64,000 nucleotides of DNA from Elusimicrobiota bacterium (GTDB lineage: Bacteria > Elusimicrobiota > Elusimicrobia > UBA1565 > UBA9628). Below are positions 10,002-18,498 of the stretch, piece after piece; position 1 is the first letter of the stretch; each line of letters starts with the position of its first letter. The stretch lies in assembly GCA_023249675.1 (NCBI GenBank), contig JAHFCE010000008.1, positions 39,246 through 103,245 of the forward strand, given 5' to 3'. A program made the translations under genes and the position numbers. The notes beneath the pieces were generated by a model, which was given only the letters and a program-made list of their open reading frames with translations, made no database searches and was not told the origin of the DNA.

Positions 10002-10769
10002 TCAGCGCGCGTCGCGGCGGGAGGCGACGTAGACGCAGGCCGCGAGCATCGCGGCCGCGAAAGCGGCGAGGAGCATGAGGCAGGCGCTCATCGAGGCCGC
10101 GCCTTCCGGAACGACGGAGGGCAGCAGGGCGCGTTGGAGCCCGGTGACCGCGTAGGAGACCGGATTGGCCGCGATCGCGGCTCGCAGGAAGCGCGGCGCG
10201 GAGGCGGCGGGAAACAGCGCGCCCGACAGCATCCACATCGGAATGAGAAAAAGATTCATGACGGCGTGAAAGCCCTGCGACGAGTCGAGCACCCACGCGA
10301 TGCAGAAGCCAAGCCCCGTCAGGCCGATCGAGGCGAGCGTCAAGACGGCGGCGGCCAAGGCGTAGCCGTGAAGTCCGGGATGCAGGCCCGCGGCTCCGGC
10401 GAGCAGCAAAAAGGCGAGGCCCTGGGCCAGGCCGACCGTCGAGGAGCCCATCACCTTGCCGAGCACGATGGACAGGCGCGAGACGGGAGCCACGAGCACC
10501 GACTGCAGGAAGCCCTCGCGGCGGTCCTCGATGATCGAGATTGTTGCGAAGATCGAGGTGAACAGCACGATGAGGACCAAGGTCCCCGCGTAGAAGAACT
10601 GGAGGAAGCTCAGGCCCTCGGGCGCGCCGGGCACGCGCACGGCCGTGCCGAGGCCGGCGCCGATCAGGAGCCAGAACACGATCGGCGGCACGAGGCCGCC
10701 GATCACGCGCGGCTTATCGCGGAAAAAGCGCACGATGTCGCGCTCCCACAGCGTCAGCAGCGCGCTCAT
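10002..10769 (-). CDS. ABC-2 type transporter permease
   Basis: Six TM helices of the ABC-2 family. 4-nt overlap with the upstream ATPase gene. Confidence 0.65.
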   Translation of the reverse strand: MSALLTLWERDIVRFFRDKPRVIGGLVPPIVFWLLIGAGLGTAVRVPGAPEGLSFLQFFYAGTLVLIVLFTSIFATISIIEDRREGFLQSVLVAPVSRLSIVLGKVMGSSTVGLAQGLAFLLLAGAAGLHPGLHGYALAAAVLTLASIGLTGLGFCIAWVLDSSQGFHAVMNLFLIPMWMLSGALFPAASAPRFLRAAIAANPVSYAVTGLQRALLPSVVPEGAASMSACLMLLAAFAAAMLAACVYVASRRDAR

Positions 10770-11713
10770 GGAACGGCCTCGGCGTCGGAGAAACGCCGGC
10801 CGGCGTGATGCAAGAAGGCGTCTTCGAGGCTCGGGCGCGAGAGGCTCACGGTGCGCAGGCGCCCGGGGAAGGCCTCGACGAGCTGAGGGATGAAGGCATG
10901 GCCGGCGGCGCGCTCAAGGCGCAGCTGGTCGCCGAACGCCCGCGGGGTGACGCCGAAACGCTGCGTGATCTCGTCGCGCAGTCCCGAGGCGTCGTCTGTT
11001 TCGATGGTGATCACGTCGCCGCCGATCTCGGCCTTCAGCGCGGAGGGCGTTCCCATGGCCACGATCTTTCCCTGATCGAGGATGGCGACGCGGTCGCAGC
11101 GGTCGCCTTCGTCCATCAGGTGGGTGGTCGTCATGATCGTCGCGCCCTCGGCCTTGAGTGTCCGCAGGTGCTCCCACAGGTCCTGGCGCGCGGCGGGGTC
11201 AAGGCCCGTCGAGGGCTCATCGAGAAGTATGACGGACGGCTTGTGAAGCAGACTTTTGGCCAATTCGACTCGGCGGCGCAGGCCGCCGGACAAGGTTCCG
11301 CACAGGTCGCTCGCGCGGGCGGCGAGCCGGTAGCGGGACAACATCTCGTCGATACGCTTCGTTAAGCTTGTTCCAGAAAGGCCGTACAGCCGCCCGCCAT
11401 GGATGAGGTTCTCGCGCACGGTCAGTTTATTGTCGAGGCTCGGGCTCTGGAAGACGACGCCAAGAAGCGGTCGTACCGACGCGGGATCGGCGACGAGGTC
11501 GCGACCCAGGATCGCCGCCGATCCGCCGGTGGGCGCAAACGCAGTGGCGAGGATCCGGAACAAGGTGCTCTTGCCTCCGCCGTTGGGGCCGAGCAGGCCG
11601 AACAGTTCGCCTTCGGCGACGGAAAAAGAAACGCCGTTGAGCGCTCGGCGAGCGGCCGTCTTTCGTGCGGCGGGGTACTCGTGAATGACGCCCTTGACGA
11701 CGACCGCGTTCAT
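10766..11713 (-). CDS. ABC transporter ATP-binding protein
   Basis: Walker A (GPNGGGKST), ABC signature (LSGGLRRR) and Walker B (ILLDEPSTGLD). Start set at MNAVVVKG, because the longer ORF overlaps the neighbouring gene. Confidence 0.8.
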   Translation of the reverse strand: MNAVVVKGVIHEYPAARKTAARRALNGVSFSVAEGELFGLLGPNGGGKSTLFRILATAFAPTGGSAAILGRDLVADPASVRPLLGVVFQSPSLDNKLTVRENLIHGGRLYGLSGTSLTKRIDEMLSRYRLAARASDLCGTLSGGLRRRVELAKSLLHKPSVILLDEPSTGLDPAARQDLWEHLRTLKAEGATIMTTTHLMDEGDRCDRVAILDQGKIVAMGTPSALKAEIGGDVITIETDDASGLRDEITQRFGVTPRAFGDQLRLERAAGHAFIPQLVEAFPGRLRTVSLSRPSLEDAFLHHAGRRFSDAEAVP

Positions 11714-12285
11714 TTTTTCAGTCCGGTCCACGGCGTCTCGGCGTGTCCGGTCTCTTTGTTGACGAAACGGGCGGCGACAAAAAGCCAAGTCGATAAACGA
11801 TTCATGTAGACGATCACGCCTTCCGGGACCGCCTCGACCGAGGCGAGCGCGACGACCGCGCGTTCAGCGCGGCGGCTCACGGCGCGCGCCAGATGCAGGG
11901 CCGCGCCCGCGCGCCCGCCGCCGGGAAGGATGAAGGTCTTCAGCGGGGCTAGATTTTTGTCCCAGGCGTCGATCTCGGTCTCGAGGCGCTTCGGGGCGTC
12001 GGCGGGAAGGCCTGAATCGAAGGGGGGCGGGAGCTTGGCGAGTCTATCGGCGGGCGTGGCGAGCAAGGCGCCGATGACGAAGCACTCGGCCTGGATGCGC
12101 GCCAGGCCTCGATCCACCGAGACGAGAGCGGGGTCCTCGCGGAAAGCCGAGCGCGCCGAGCCGAGCGCGCTGTTGAGCTCGTCGATGTCTCCATACGCCG
12201 CCACGCGCGGATGGCTCTTGGGCACGCGGCCGCCGCCGAACAGGCCGGTCTCGCCTTTGTCGCCCGTGCGCGTGTAGATCGCCAC
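11710..12285 (-). CDS. PduO-type ATP:cob(I)alamin adenosyltransferase
   Basis: N-terminal motif IYTRTGDKGETGL. GTG start at 12285 overlaps the upstream stop (ATGA-like). Confidence 0.7.
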   Translation of the reverse strand: MAIYTRTGDKGETGLFGGGRVPKSHPRVAAYGDIDELNSALGSARSAFREDPALVSVDRGLARIQAECFVIGALLATPADRLAKLPPPFDSGLPADAPKRLETEIDAWDKNLAPLKTFILPGGGRAGAALHLARAVSRRAERAVVALASVEAVPEGVIVYMNRLSTWLFVAARFVNKETGHAETPWTGLKK

Positions 12286-12286
12286 T

Positions 12287-13006
12287 CTAGAACTGGGCGC
12301 CAAGTCCGAGGTCGAAGCCCGGGACGCCGTGGCGTACAGTGTAGGCGCCGCGCAGGCTGACCAGGGGCAGGGGATGGACGTCCACACCGGCCGAGAAGCG
12401 CGAGCCGCGCGCGGCGGCCTTCGTGCCGGCCACGCCCGCCGTCGTCGCCGCGCCGACCTTGACCTCGGTGACGTCGTAGCCGGCGATGAAGAACGGCTTG
12501 ACGATCGGCAGGTTCCAGGTCGCGGCCGCGTTGAGGCTGCCGTGCGACGCGCTGAAATACTTATGGTTGACCTTGTCGCCGAAGGCCGAGATCGAGACGT
12601 TCGGCAGGAAGGAGTCCACGAGGCTGGTGCGGTACAGTCCGTAGCGCAGCCCGCCGCCGTAGATTGAGGCGCCCTGAGCGCTGAGGCCGTGCACGATGAC
12701 GTCGATCTTGAAGGGCAGCCCCACGCCGGCTTCGATCAAGGGCAGGCCGAAGGCCTTGACGCCCGCGTCGCGCAGGACGCGGTCGTTCTTGTCCGGCCGG
12801 AGCTGGACCGCGGCGACAGAACCCACCCAGAACCCGGGCAAACCGAGCGTGCGGCCGGTGTGGGCCGAGGCTCCGCCCAGAACGCCGCCGAGGTCGAGGG
12901 CGAAGGGCTTGATGTACTCGTTGCGCACGGCGGTCGAGAAGTCGGCGAACGGATCGGCGTGCGCGGATGACGCGAGCAGGGCGAGAACGGCGAGGATGAT
13001 TTTCAT
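12287..13006 (-). CDS. Outer-membrane beta-barrel protein (signal peptide, alternating amphipathic strands, C-terminal Phe)
   Basis: Signal peptide (ASSAHA), Gly/aromatic-rich strands, terminal ...GLGAQF. Confidence 0.5.
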   Translation of the reverse strand: MKIILAVLALLASSAHADPFADFSTAVRNEYIKPFALDLGGVLGGASAHTGRTLGLPGFWVGSVAAVQLRPDKNDRVLRDAGVKAFGLPLIEAGVGLPFKIDVIVHGLSAQGASIYGGGLRYGLYRTSLVDSFLPNVSISAFGDKVNHKYFSASHGSLNAAATWNLPIVKPFFIAGYDVTEVKVGAATTAGVAGTKAAARGSRFSAGVDVHPLPLVSLRGAYTVRHGVPGFDLGLGAQF

Positions 13007-13010
13007 GAGG

Positions 13011-13700
13011 CTATTTTGCCAAATTCGGGCGCTTCTTGACGAGGTCCTGGCGTCCCGCCCAGTTGTAGATGAAGCACCAATGCATGGCCGCGCCGACGAT
13101 CACAAGGAAGTGGAACAACTCGTGCGCGCCGAGAACGCCCGTGAAGATCACGGGCCCCTCGAGATAGTCGATGAGAGCGCCGCAGATGTAGGCGATGCCG
13201 CCGAGAAATAGGAGCGTGGTCTCCTTCCAGCCGTAGCGCGCCGTGATGTGGGCAAACGAGATCACGCCGAGCGAGGCGACGCCGATGTAGGCGAGGACGA
13301 TCGACCAGTAGGGCAGCCGGTTGAAATAGACGTCGATGAGCACGAGGCAGGTGAGCGCCGCGCCCCAGAACAGCGCGGTCAGGCCCCAGCGCCAGCGTCC
13401 CGTGAACAGCAGGATGTGCACGGGCGTGGCCGAGCCGGCGATGACGATCCAGATGCCGGCGTAGTCGAGCCGCCGGAAGAAGATGCGCCAGGGCCCGGGA
13501 GGCAGGCCATGATACACGCCGCTCATCGAGAAGAGGAACAGCAGCGAGGCGCTGAAGATCAGCAGCGACGAGCTGCGCAGCGCGTCGCCGCGGCCCTTCT
13601 TGTGCAGAAAGTAGGTTCCGCACAGAGCGCCGCAAGCGGCCGTGAGGTGGCTGAGGCTCGAGACCGGGTCATTGAGGCCGAAATAGTGTACGAGCCTCAT
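13011..13700 (-). CDS. Hemolysin III / PAQR family channel protein
   Basis: Seven TM helices with conserved His motifs (YHGLP, HELFH), typical of the HlyIII family. Confidence 0.7.
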   Translation of the reverse strand: MRLVHYFGLNDPVSSLSHLTAACGALCGTYFLHKKGRGDALRSSSLLIFSASLLFLFSMSGVYHGLPPGPWRIFFRRLDYAGIWIVIAGSATPVHILLFTGRWRWGLTALFWGAALTCLVLIDVYFNRLPYWSIVLAYIGVASLGVISFAHITARYGWKETTLLFLGGIAYICGALIDYLEGPVIFTGVLGAHELFHFLVIVGAAMHWCFIYNWAGRQDLVKKRPNLAK

Positions 13701-14803
13701 GGCGGCCTCTGGAGCGCGCTCTTCTCGATGTCATGGCGCTTTTCGAGGCGCGTGCGCAGGGCGCCGCGCAGGATCGTCGCGCCGAACAGCCTTGACGCCC
13801 CGACGAGGAGTTTGATGCAGCCCTCCACGTCCGACAGACGCACCTTCTCGGGCGCCACCGCGTCAGCGCCCCAGCCGTTGTGATAATTGACAAGGGGAAC
13901 GGCCACGCCGCCGGACTCGTAGCCGAAGGTGAGATAGGCGGTCGCTTCGCAGGTGCCGCCCGTTAGGCGCAGGCGCTGGACGGCGGTTCCGCGCTTGCGC
14001 AGGGCTTCGGCCGCGCTGTCGAGCAAAGCGGTCAGATTTGGATCGAAGGCCGTCGCCTTGTCGCCGAGGCGGATCGTGGGACCCCGGCCCGGTCGGGAGC
14101 CCGGTAGCTCGCGCGAGGACTCGATCGACAGGTACGAGTCGCGCGCCGACAGGACGCCGGAGCGGATCATGTCGAGCGCGCCGATGAAGCCGACCTCCTC
14201 GGCGCGGTTGAGCAGGACGGTGAGGTTTACCTTCGCGCGCTTCGTTGACAGCCGTCGCATCGTCTCGAGGCTGATCGCGCAGCCGAGCAGGTCGTCCACC
14301 GAGCGCGACAGAAGCCAGCCGTTCTTGAGTTCGCAGGCGGGCAAGGCCAGCACCGCGAAGTCGGGCGTTGTGCCGATTTTCGGCGGCTCGGTCCATGCAA
14401 TGGTCCACAAGCCGCCGTCCTTCTTCGGCCGCGGGCCGAGCACGCCGCGCGCGAGCGGGCGGTTGTTTTTCGGCACGCGGGGAAAGGCCTCGACGCAAGC
14501 GCCCGCCAACAAGTGAGGGGGCAGGCCGCCGCGCAAGCGGGCTGTGGCGCCCGTGTGTGTCACCTTGATCAGCTCGAAGGCGGGATGGTCGAGATGGGCC
14601 GCCAGGCACAGCGCCGGGCCCTTGCCCGCGCCGCGGTATGAGACGATGAGGCCGCCGCGCGCGCGGCGGACCTTCACGCGCGCGCCGAGGTTCGCGCGAA
14701 TCCACTCGAGGGCTTTTCGCGACACGGCGGCCTCGCGGAAGGGGGCGGTGGGCACGGAGGTCAGGCGCTGAAAGAGGGAGAGCGCGCCGGGTTTGTCCTT
14801 CAC
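13697..14803 (-). CDS. M42/M28-like metallopeptidase (family assignment tentative)
   Basis: AAHLDHP motif, about 360 aa. Weak family-level recognition only. Confidence 0.4.
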   Translation of the reverse strand: MKDKPGALSLFQRLTSVPTAPFREAAVSRKALEWIRANLGARVKVRRARGGLIVSYRGAGKGPALCLAAHLDHPAFELIKVTHTGATARLRGGLPPHLLAGACVEAFPRVPKNNRPLARGVLGPRPKKDGGLWTIAWTEPPKIGTTPDFAVLALPACELKNGWLLSRSVDDLLGCAISLETMRRLSTKRAKVNLTVLLNRAEEVGFIGALDMIRSGVLSARDSYLSIESSRELPGSRPGRGPTIRLGDKATAFDPNLTALLDSAAEALRKRGTAVQRLRLTGGTCEATAYLTFGYESGGVAVPLVNYHNGWGADAVAPEKVRLSDVEGCIKLLVGASRLFGATILRGALRTRLEKRHDIEKSALQRPP

Positions 14804-14840
14804 CCGTCTATTTTACAGATTACCGGGGCCGGTGTGTCTT

Positions 14841-16691
14841 TCAACTGTTTCCGGAAACAGTTGGGCGGAGGTGCTTGGCCAAAAAGATTTCGGCCTTCGC
14901 GTAGAAGTCGAGGCGGTTGGCGGGCTTGGCGAAGCCGTGGCCTTCATCGGGATAGAGCAGGTACTCGACGGGCTTGCCTCTCGCGCGCAAGGCCGCGACG
15001 ATCTGTTCCGACTCCGCTTGCTTGACGCGCGGGTCGTGGGCGCCTTGGGCGATCAAGAGCGGAATGCCGATCTTGTCGACATGAAACAAAGGGGAGCGGG
15101 ACTTGAGGAACTCTTCTTCGGTGTCGACGGATCCGACGCGGAGGTCGAAGACGCGCTTCAGCGGCTCCCAGTACGGCGGGATGGACTTGATCAAGGTGAT
15201 CAGGTTCGAGGGTCCGACCACGTCGATCGCGCAGCGATACACGCCGGTCGTGAAGGCCGCGCCGGCGAGCGCGGCGTATCCTCCATAAGAGCCGCCGTAG
15301 ATCGCCACGCGTTCGGGATCGGCGATGCCCCGCGCGACCGCCCAGCGCACGCCGTCGGTGAGGTCGTCCTGCATCTTAGCGCCCCACTCGCGGTCGCCCG
15401 CGTGCAGGTGGCGCTTGCCAAAGCCGGCGGAGCCGCGGTAGTTGATCTGCAGGCAGGCGAAGCCGAGGCTTGACAGCCACTGCGCTTCGGGATGGAAGCC
15501 CCAATGGTCGCGCACCCAAGGGCCGCCATGGACGAGCAGCACGAGTGGAAGGCCCTGCACTTGCCCGCCCGCCGGCGTCGTCAGGTAGGCGCGCACCGTC
15601 AGGCCGTCGCGCGCCGCGTATTTTACGGAGACCATCGGCGCGAGCGTGTAGGCAGCGAGTTGGGGACGCGTGACGAAGAGGGGAGAGGCGACGCGCGCGA
15701 CGCGGTCCCAGCGCAGGAAGGCGGGGGAACTATCGGGTTTGTTGACGAGGATGTACCAGACGGTGTCCGCGTCGTTGCGGCTGACGATCGTGACCTCGCC
15801 GTTGAGGGCGGCCAGCGCCGTAAAATCGGCTTGAAGCCTCGCATCGAGGACGCGCCAGTCGAGCCGGTCGAGCTCGAAGGCCGCGGCCTCGACCGTATGG
15901 TTGCGCGGATGGATCAGGACGGCGCCGAGGTCGGATCCTGGATGTTCGGCGAGGATTCGACCCGGTCCGCCTGCGAGCGGCATCTCGAACAGCGCGGTCG
16001 TGTCGCGGTTGACGCTCGACTCGATGTAGAGGTGGAGGCCGTCCGGCGAAAAGCCGTGGGCGCCGAGCTGGTCATCGGGCCCGCAGGAGAGGAAGTCACG
16101 CCAGCCGTCGCCGTTCCGGACGCGCAGGAGCGTGCCGCCGTCGATGGTCATCGCCTTGTGCAGGCCGATCTTGAAATCGCGGTCTGCCAGCCAGCCGATC
16201 GCGTCGCCGGGGTTCGTCGCCTCAAGCGCGCGCTCGCCGGTTGTCAGGTTGAGGCGCCACGCGTCATGCAGCTTCGGGTCGCGGTCGTTGAGCGCCACCA
16301 GGATCTCGTCCGGGAAGCGGGGTTCGGTCGCGACGATTTGGGCTTGCACGCCGGGATAGGGCGTTAGGTCGCGGGTGGCGCCGGTCTTGAGGTCGGCCTG
16401 GTAGAGGTGCCAGTTCTCATCGCCGTTGAGGTCCTGCAGATAGAGGATCGAGCGCTCGTCCTCGGCCCATAGAAAGACGCGGATGCCCCGTCCGCGATCT
16501 TTTGTGAGAGGCTTCGCAGGCCCGCCCTCGGGACCGACCCAGATGTTGAGCACCCCCTCGTCGGGGGCGAGGTAGGCCCAGAGCTTCCCGTTCGGGGAGA
16601 TCTTCGGAGAGGCTTTTTCCGGATTGCCGAACAGCAGTTCGCGGGGGATCCTCCCGCTCCTGCGTGCGCCGAGGTCCGGTTGTCTCAACAT
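14841..16691 (-). CDS. S9 family prolyl oligopeptidase / acylaminoacyl-peptidase with N-terminal beta-propeller
   Basis: C-terminal alpha/beta hydrolase with GGSYGG nucleophile elbow. N-terminal TolB-like propeller repeats. Confidence 0.75.
   Translation of the reverse strand: MLRQPDLGARRSGRIPRELLFGNPEKASPKISPNGKLWAYLAPDEGVLNIWVGPEGGPAKPLTKDRGRGIRVFLWAEDERSILYLQDLNGDENWHLYQADLKTGATRDLTPYPGVQAQIVATEPRFPDEILVALNDRDPKLHDAWRLNLTTGERALEATNPGDAIGWLADRDFKIGLHKAMTIDGGTLLRVRNGDGWRDFLSCGPDDQLGAHGFSPDGLHLYIESSVNRDTTALFEMPLAGGPGRILAEHPGSDLGAVLIHPRNHTVEAAAFELDRLDWRVLDARLQADFTALAALNGEVTIVSRNDADTVWYILVNKPDSSPAFLRWDRVARVASPLFVTRPQLAAYTLAPMVSVKYAARDGLTVRAYLTTPAGGQVQGLPLVLLVHGGPWVRDHWGFHPEAQWLSSLGFACLQINYRGSAGFGKRHLHAGDREWGAKMQDDLTDGVRWAVARGIADPERVAIYGGSYGGYAALAGAAFTTGVYRCAIDVVGPSNLITLIKSIPPYWEPLKRVFDLRVGSVDTEEEFLKSRSPLFHVDKIGIPLLIAQGAHDPRVKQAESEQIVAALRARGKPVEYLLYPDEGHGFAKPANRLDFYAKAEIFLAKHLRPTVSGNS
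14844..14861. repeat. Perfect palindrome ACTGTTTCCGGAAACAGT (CTGT-N8-ACAG), copy 2, about 40 bp upstream of the M42-like peptidase start
   Basis: Identical to 1682-1698, including the flanking TTGG. Confidence 0.6.
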
Positions 16692-16737
16692 CGTCGGAAT
16701 TGGTAGAATGAACCGTTGCCGTCTTCGGGGTTCTGGT

Positions 16738-16814
16738 GGCGCGTTCGTCTAGCGGCCTAGGACGCTTCCCTCTCAAGGAAGAGATCACGGGTTCAAATCC
16801 CGTACGCGCCACCA
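16738..16814 (+). tRNA. tRNA-Glu(CTC)
   Basis: 77-nt cloverleaf. Acceptor GGCGCGT/ACGCGCC, anticodon loop CTCTCAA, T-loop GGGTTCAAATCCC, CCA encoded. Confidence 0.85.
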
Positions 16815-16828
16815 GACCCCCGAGAAGA

Positions 16829-16852
16829 AGGCCCCCGCTCGCGCGGGGGCCT
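16829..16852. terminator. GC-rich hairpin (GCCCCCGC-tcgc-GCGGGGGC) between convergent tRNA-Glu and SWIB gene
   Basis: 8-bp perfect GC stem with 4-nt loop. Likely bidirectional terminator. Confidence 0.5.
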
Positions 16853-16887
16853 TCCGACTGTCGGAGCGTTCCGAAGAGCCGAATGCG

Positions 16888-17145
16888 TTAGCTGAGGTGC
16901 TTGCTGACGAGCTTCGTCATCTCGAACATGTTGACAACGGCCTTGCCCGCGAACACGGCCTTCAGCGTCGCGTCAGCGTTGATGTTGCGGCGGTTCTTCT
17001 TGTCCTGCAGGTCGTTCTTCTTGATGTAGGCCCAGAGCTTCCTCGCGACCTCGGTGCGGGGCAACGGCTTGCTGCCGACGATCTCCGCGAGCTTGTCGCT
17101 TGGGGTCAGGGGTTTCATGAACGCCGCGTTCGCCTTCTTCGCCAT
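16888..17145 (-). CDS. SWIB/MDM2 domain protein
   Basis: 85 aa with SWIB pattern (KLAEIVGSKPLPRTEVARKLWAYIKKNDLQD). Confidence 0.7.
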   Translation of the reverse strand: MAKKANAAFMKPLTPSDKLAEIVGSKPLPRTEVARKLWAYIKKNDLQDKKNRRNINADATLKAVFAGKAVVNMFEMTKLVSKHLS

Positions 17146-17227
17146 GGTGATTTATCTCCTGGAAGCCGGCGCCTCGAAGGGCTTTCCCGGCGTTATGGCC
17201 ACATTCAACATGATTTCCCCTTGGAGG

Positions 17228-17701
17228 TCAAGGATTCCTCGTCGTGGCTTCGACGAGGCGGATCGCGTCGCGGCCTGACTCGCGGACCTCATCGGGGACG
17301 TGGGGGAGCCCCAGTTCGTCATGAGTGTGCCAGCGGATGTCGTCGCTTTCGTCCGGACGGTGGGTGTGGGCGCCGGCCTTGGCGCGCAGGTAGTAGATGA
17401 AGTCAATGTGGTGGTTGTGACCGGGGATTTCCTCGATCTGCACGCGCTGGGGCTCGTGCAGGGACTCGACGCGGCCGTTGTGTATGATCGGCGCGCGCGG
17501 GGGCGTCATGAACTCGGCCTCGAGGCCGGTCTCCTCTAATACCTCGCGCAGAACGCCCTCGTCCGTCGTTTCACCGTCCTCAATGTGTCCGCCCGGAGGC
17601 AGCCACATTCCAAGCTTTTTGTGCTTGAGGAGGAGGGTCTTGCCGTCGCGGACCAGATAGCCGGTGGCGACGAAGCAGTAGCGCCGCGGCGGTGCGCTCA
17701 C
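17228..17701 (-). CDS. NUDIX hydrolase
   Basis: Nudix box GGHIEDGETTDEGVLREVLEETGL. Confidence 0.8.
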   Translation of the reverse strand: MSAPPRRYCFVATGYLVRDGKTLLLKHKKLGMWLPPGGHIEDGETTDEGVLREVLEETGLEAEFMTPPRAPIIHNGRVESLHEPQRVQIEEIPGHNHHIDFIYYLRAKAGAHTHRPDESDDIRWHTHDELGLPHVPDEVRESGRDAIRLVEATTRNP

Positions 17702-18498
17702 GCGGGCAACTCCCGCGCCCAGGCGGCGAGAGCGGCGGCGAGTTCCGCGGGTTTGTCGAGCGGTATGTGGTGATGGGCGTCCATGATCTCAATGCCGCGG
17801 CCGCGCGGCAGGGCCGCGACGACTCGGGTCATGGCCTCGCGGGGCAGGATCGAGCTGTGCTCGCCGCGCACGATCAAGGCGTCCGCGGAGATTTTCGCAA
17901 GCTGCGGCCACACCGGGCCGTACGGAAAAGCAAACGAGCGCCAGTCGAACTTCCAGGACCAGCCGCGGGGGCCTTGCCGCACGCCGTGGCGCCCGAGCGC
18001 TCGGAGAGCGGCCGCGTCGAGCAAGGTGCCGGGAGGCTGGAGGCGGAACTTGGCGAGCATCGCTTCTTCATTCTCGTAAATCGGCTGGGGGCGCGAGCGG
18101 GTTTTTTCGTACTTGCGCTCGCGCGACGCGTAGACATCCGGCAGAAAGTCGATCGCGCAGACTCCGCGCAGGTGAGCGCTGCGCCGCTCGGCGTAGTCGA
18201 GGGCGATGCGCGCGCCCATCGAGTGCCCCACGAGAATGAAGCGCTCCCAGCCGAGGGCCTTGCGCGCGCTCTCGATATCGTCCACCCACGCCGAGCCGGT
18301 ATAGGCTTCGTTCTCGAGCCAGTCGCTGTCGCCGTGGCCGCGGAAATCGAGCGCGACCGCGTGGAACACGCCCTTCCAGAGGGGAGCGACCGCATCCCAC
18401 CAATGCGTGTGCGCGGCCATGCCGTGCGTCAGGAGGACCGGGACTCCGGGGCCGCCCCAGTCGCGCAGGTGGACCGCGCCGGCCTTGCGGCTCGTCAC
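17698..18498 (-). CDS. Alpha/beta hydrolase fold protein
   Basis: GHSMG nucleophile elbow. Conserved HG oxyanion region. Confidence 0.7.
   Translation of the reverse strand: MTSRKAGAVHLRDWGGPGVPVLLTHGMAAHTHWWDAVAPLWKGVFHAVALDFRGHGDSDWLENEAYTGSAWVDDIESARKALGWERFILVGHSMGARIALDYAERRSAHLRGVCAIDFLPDVYASRERKYEKTRSRPQPIYENEEAMLAKFRLQPPGTLLDAAALRALGRHGVRQGPRGWSWKFDWRSFAFPYGPVWPQLAKISADALIVRGEHSSILPREAMTRVVAALPRGRGIEIMDAHHHIPLDKPAELAAALAAWARELPA

Noticed and set aside
16829-16852. Considered treating the two CTGT-N8-ACAG palindromes (1682, 14844) as rho-independent terminators like this hairpin
   Set aside because: They are AT-containing perfect palindromes with no loop and no T-tract, and are repeated exactly. 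A protein-binding site or dispersed repeat fits better than a terminator.
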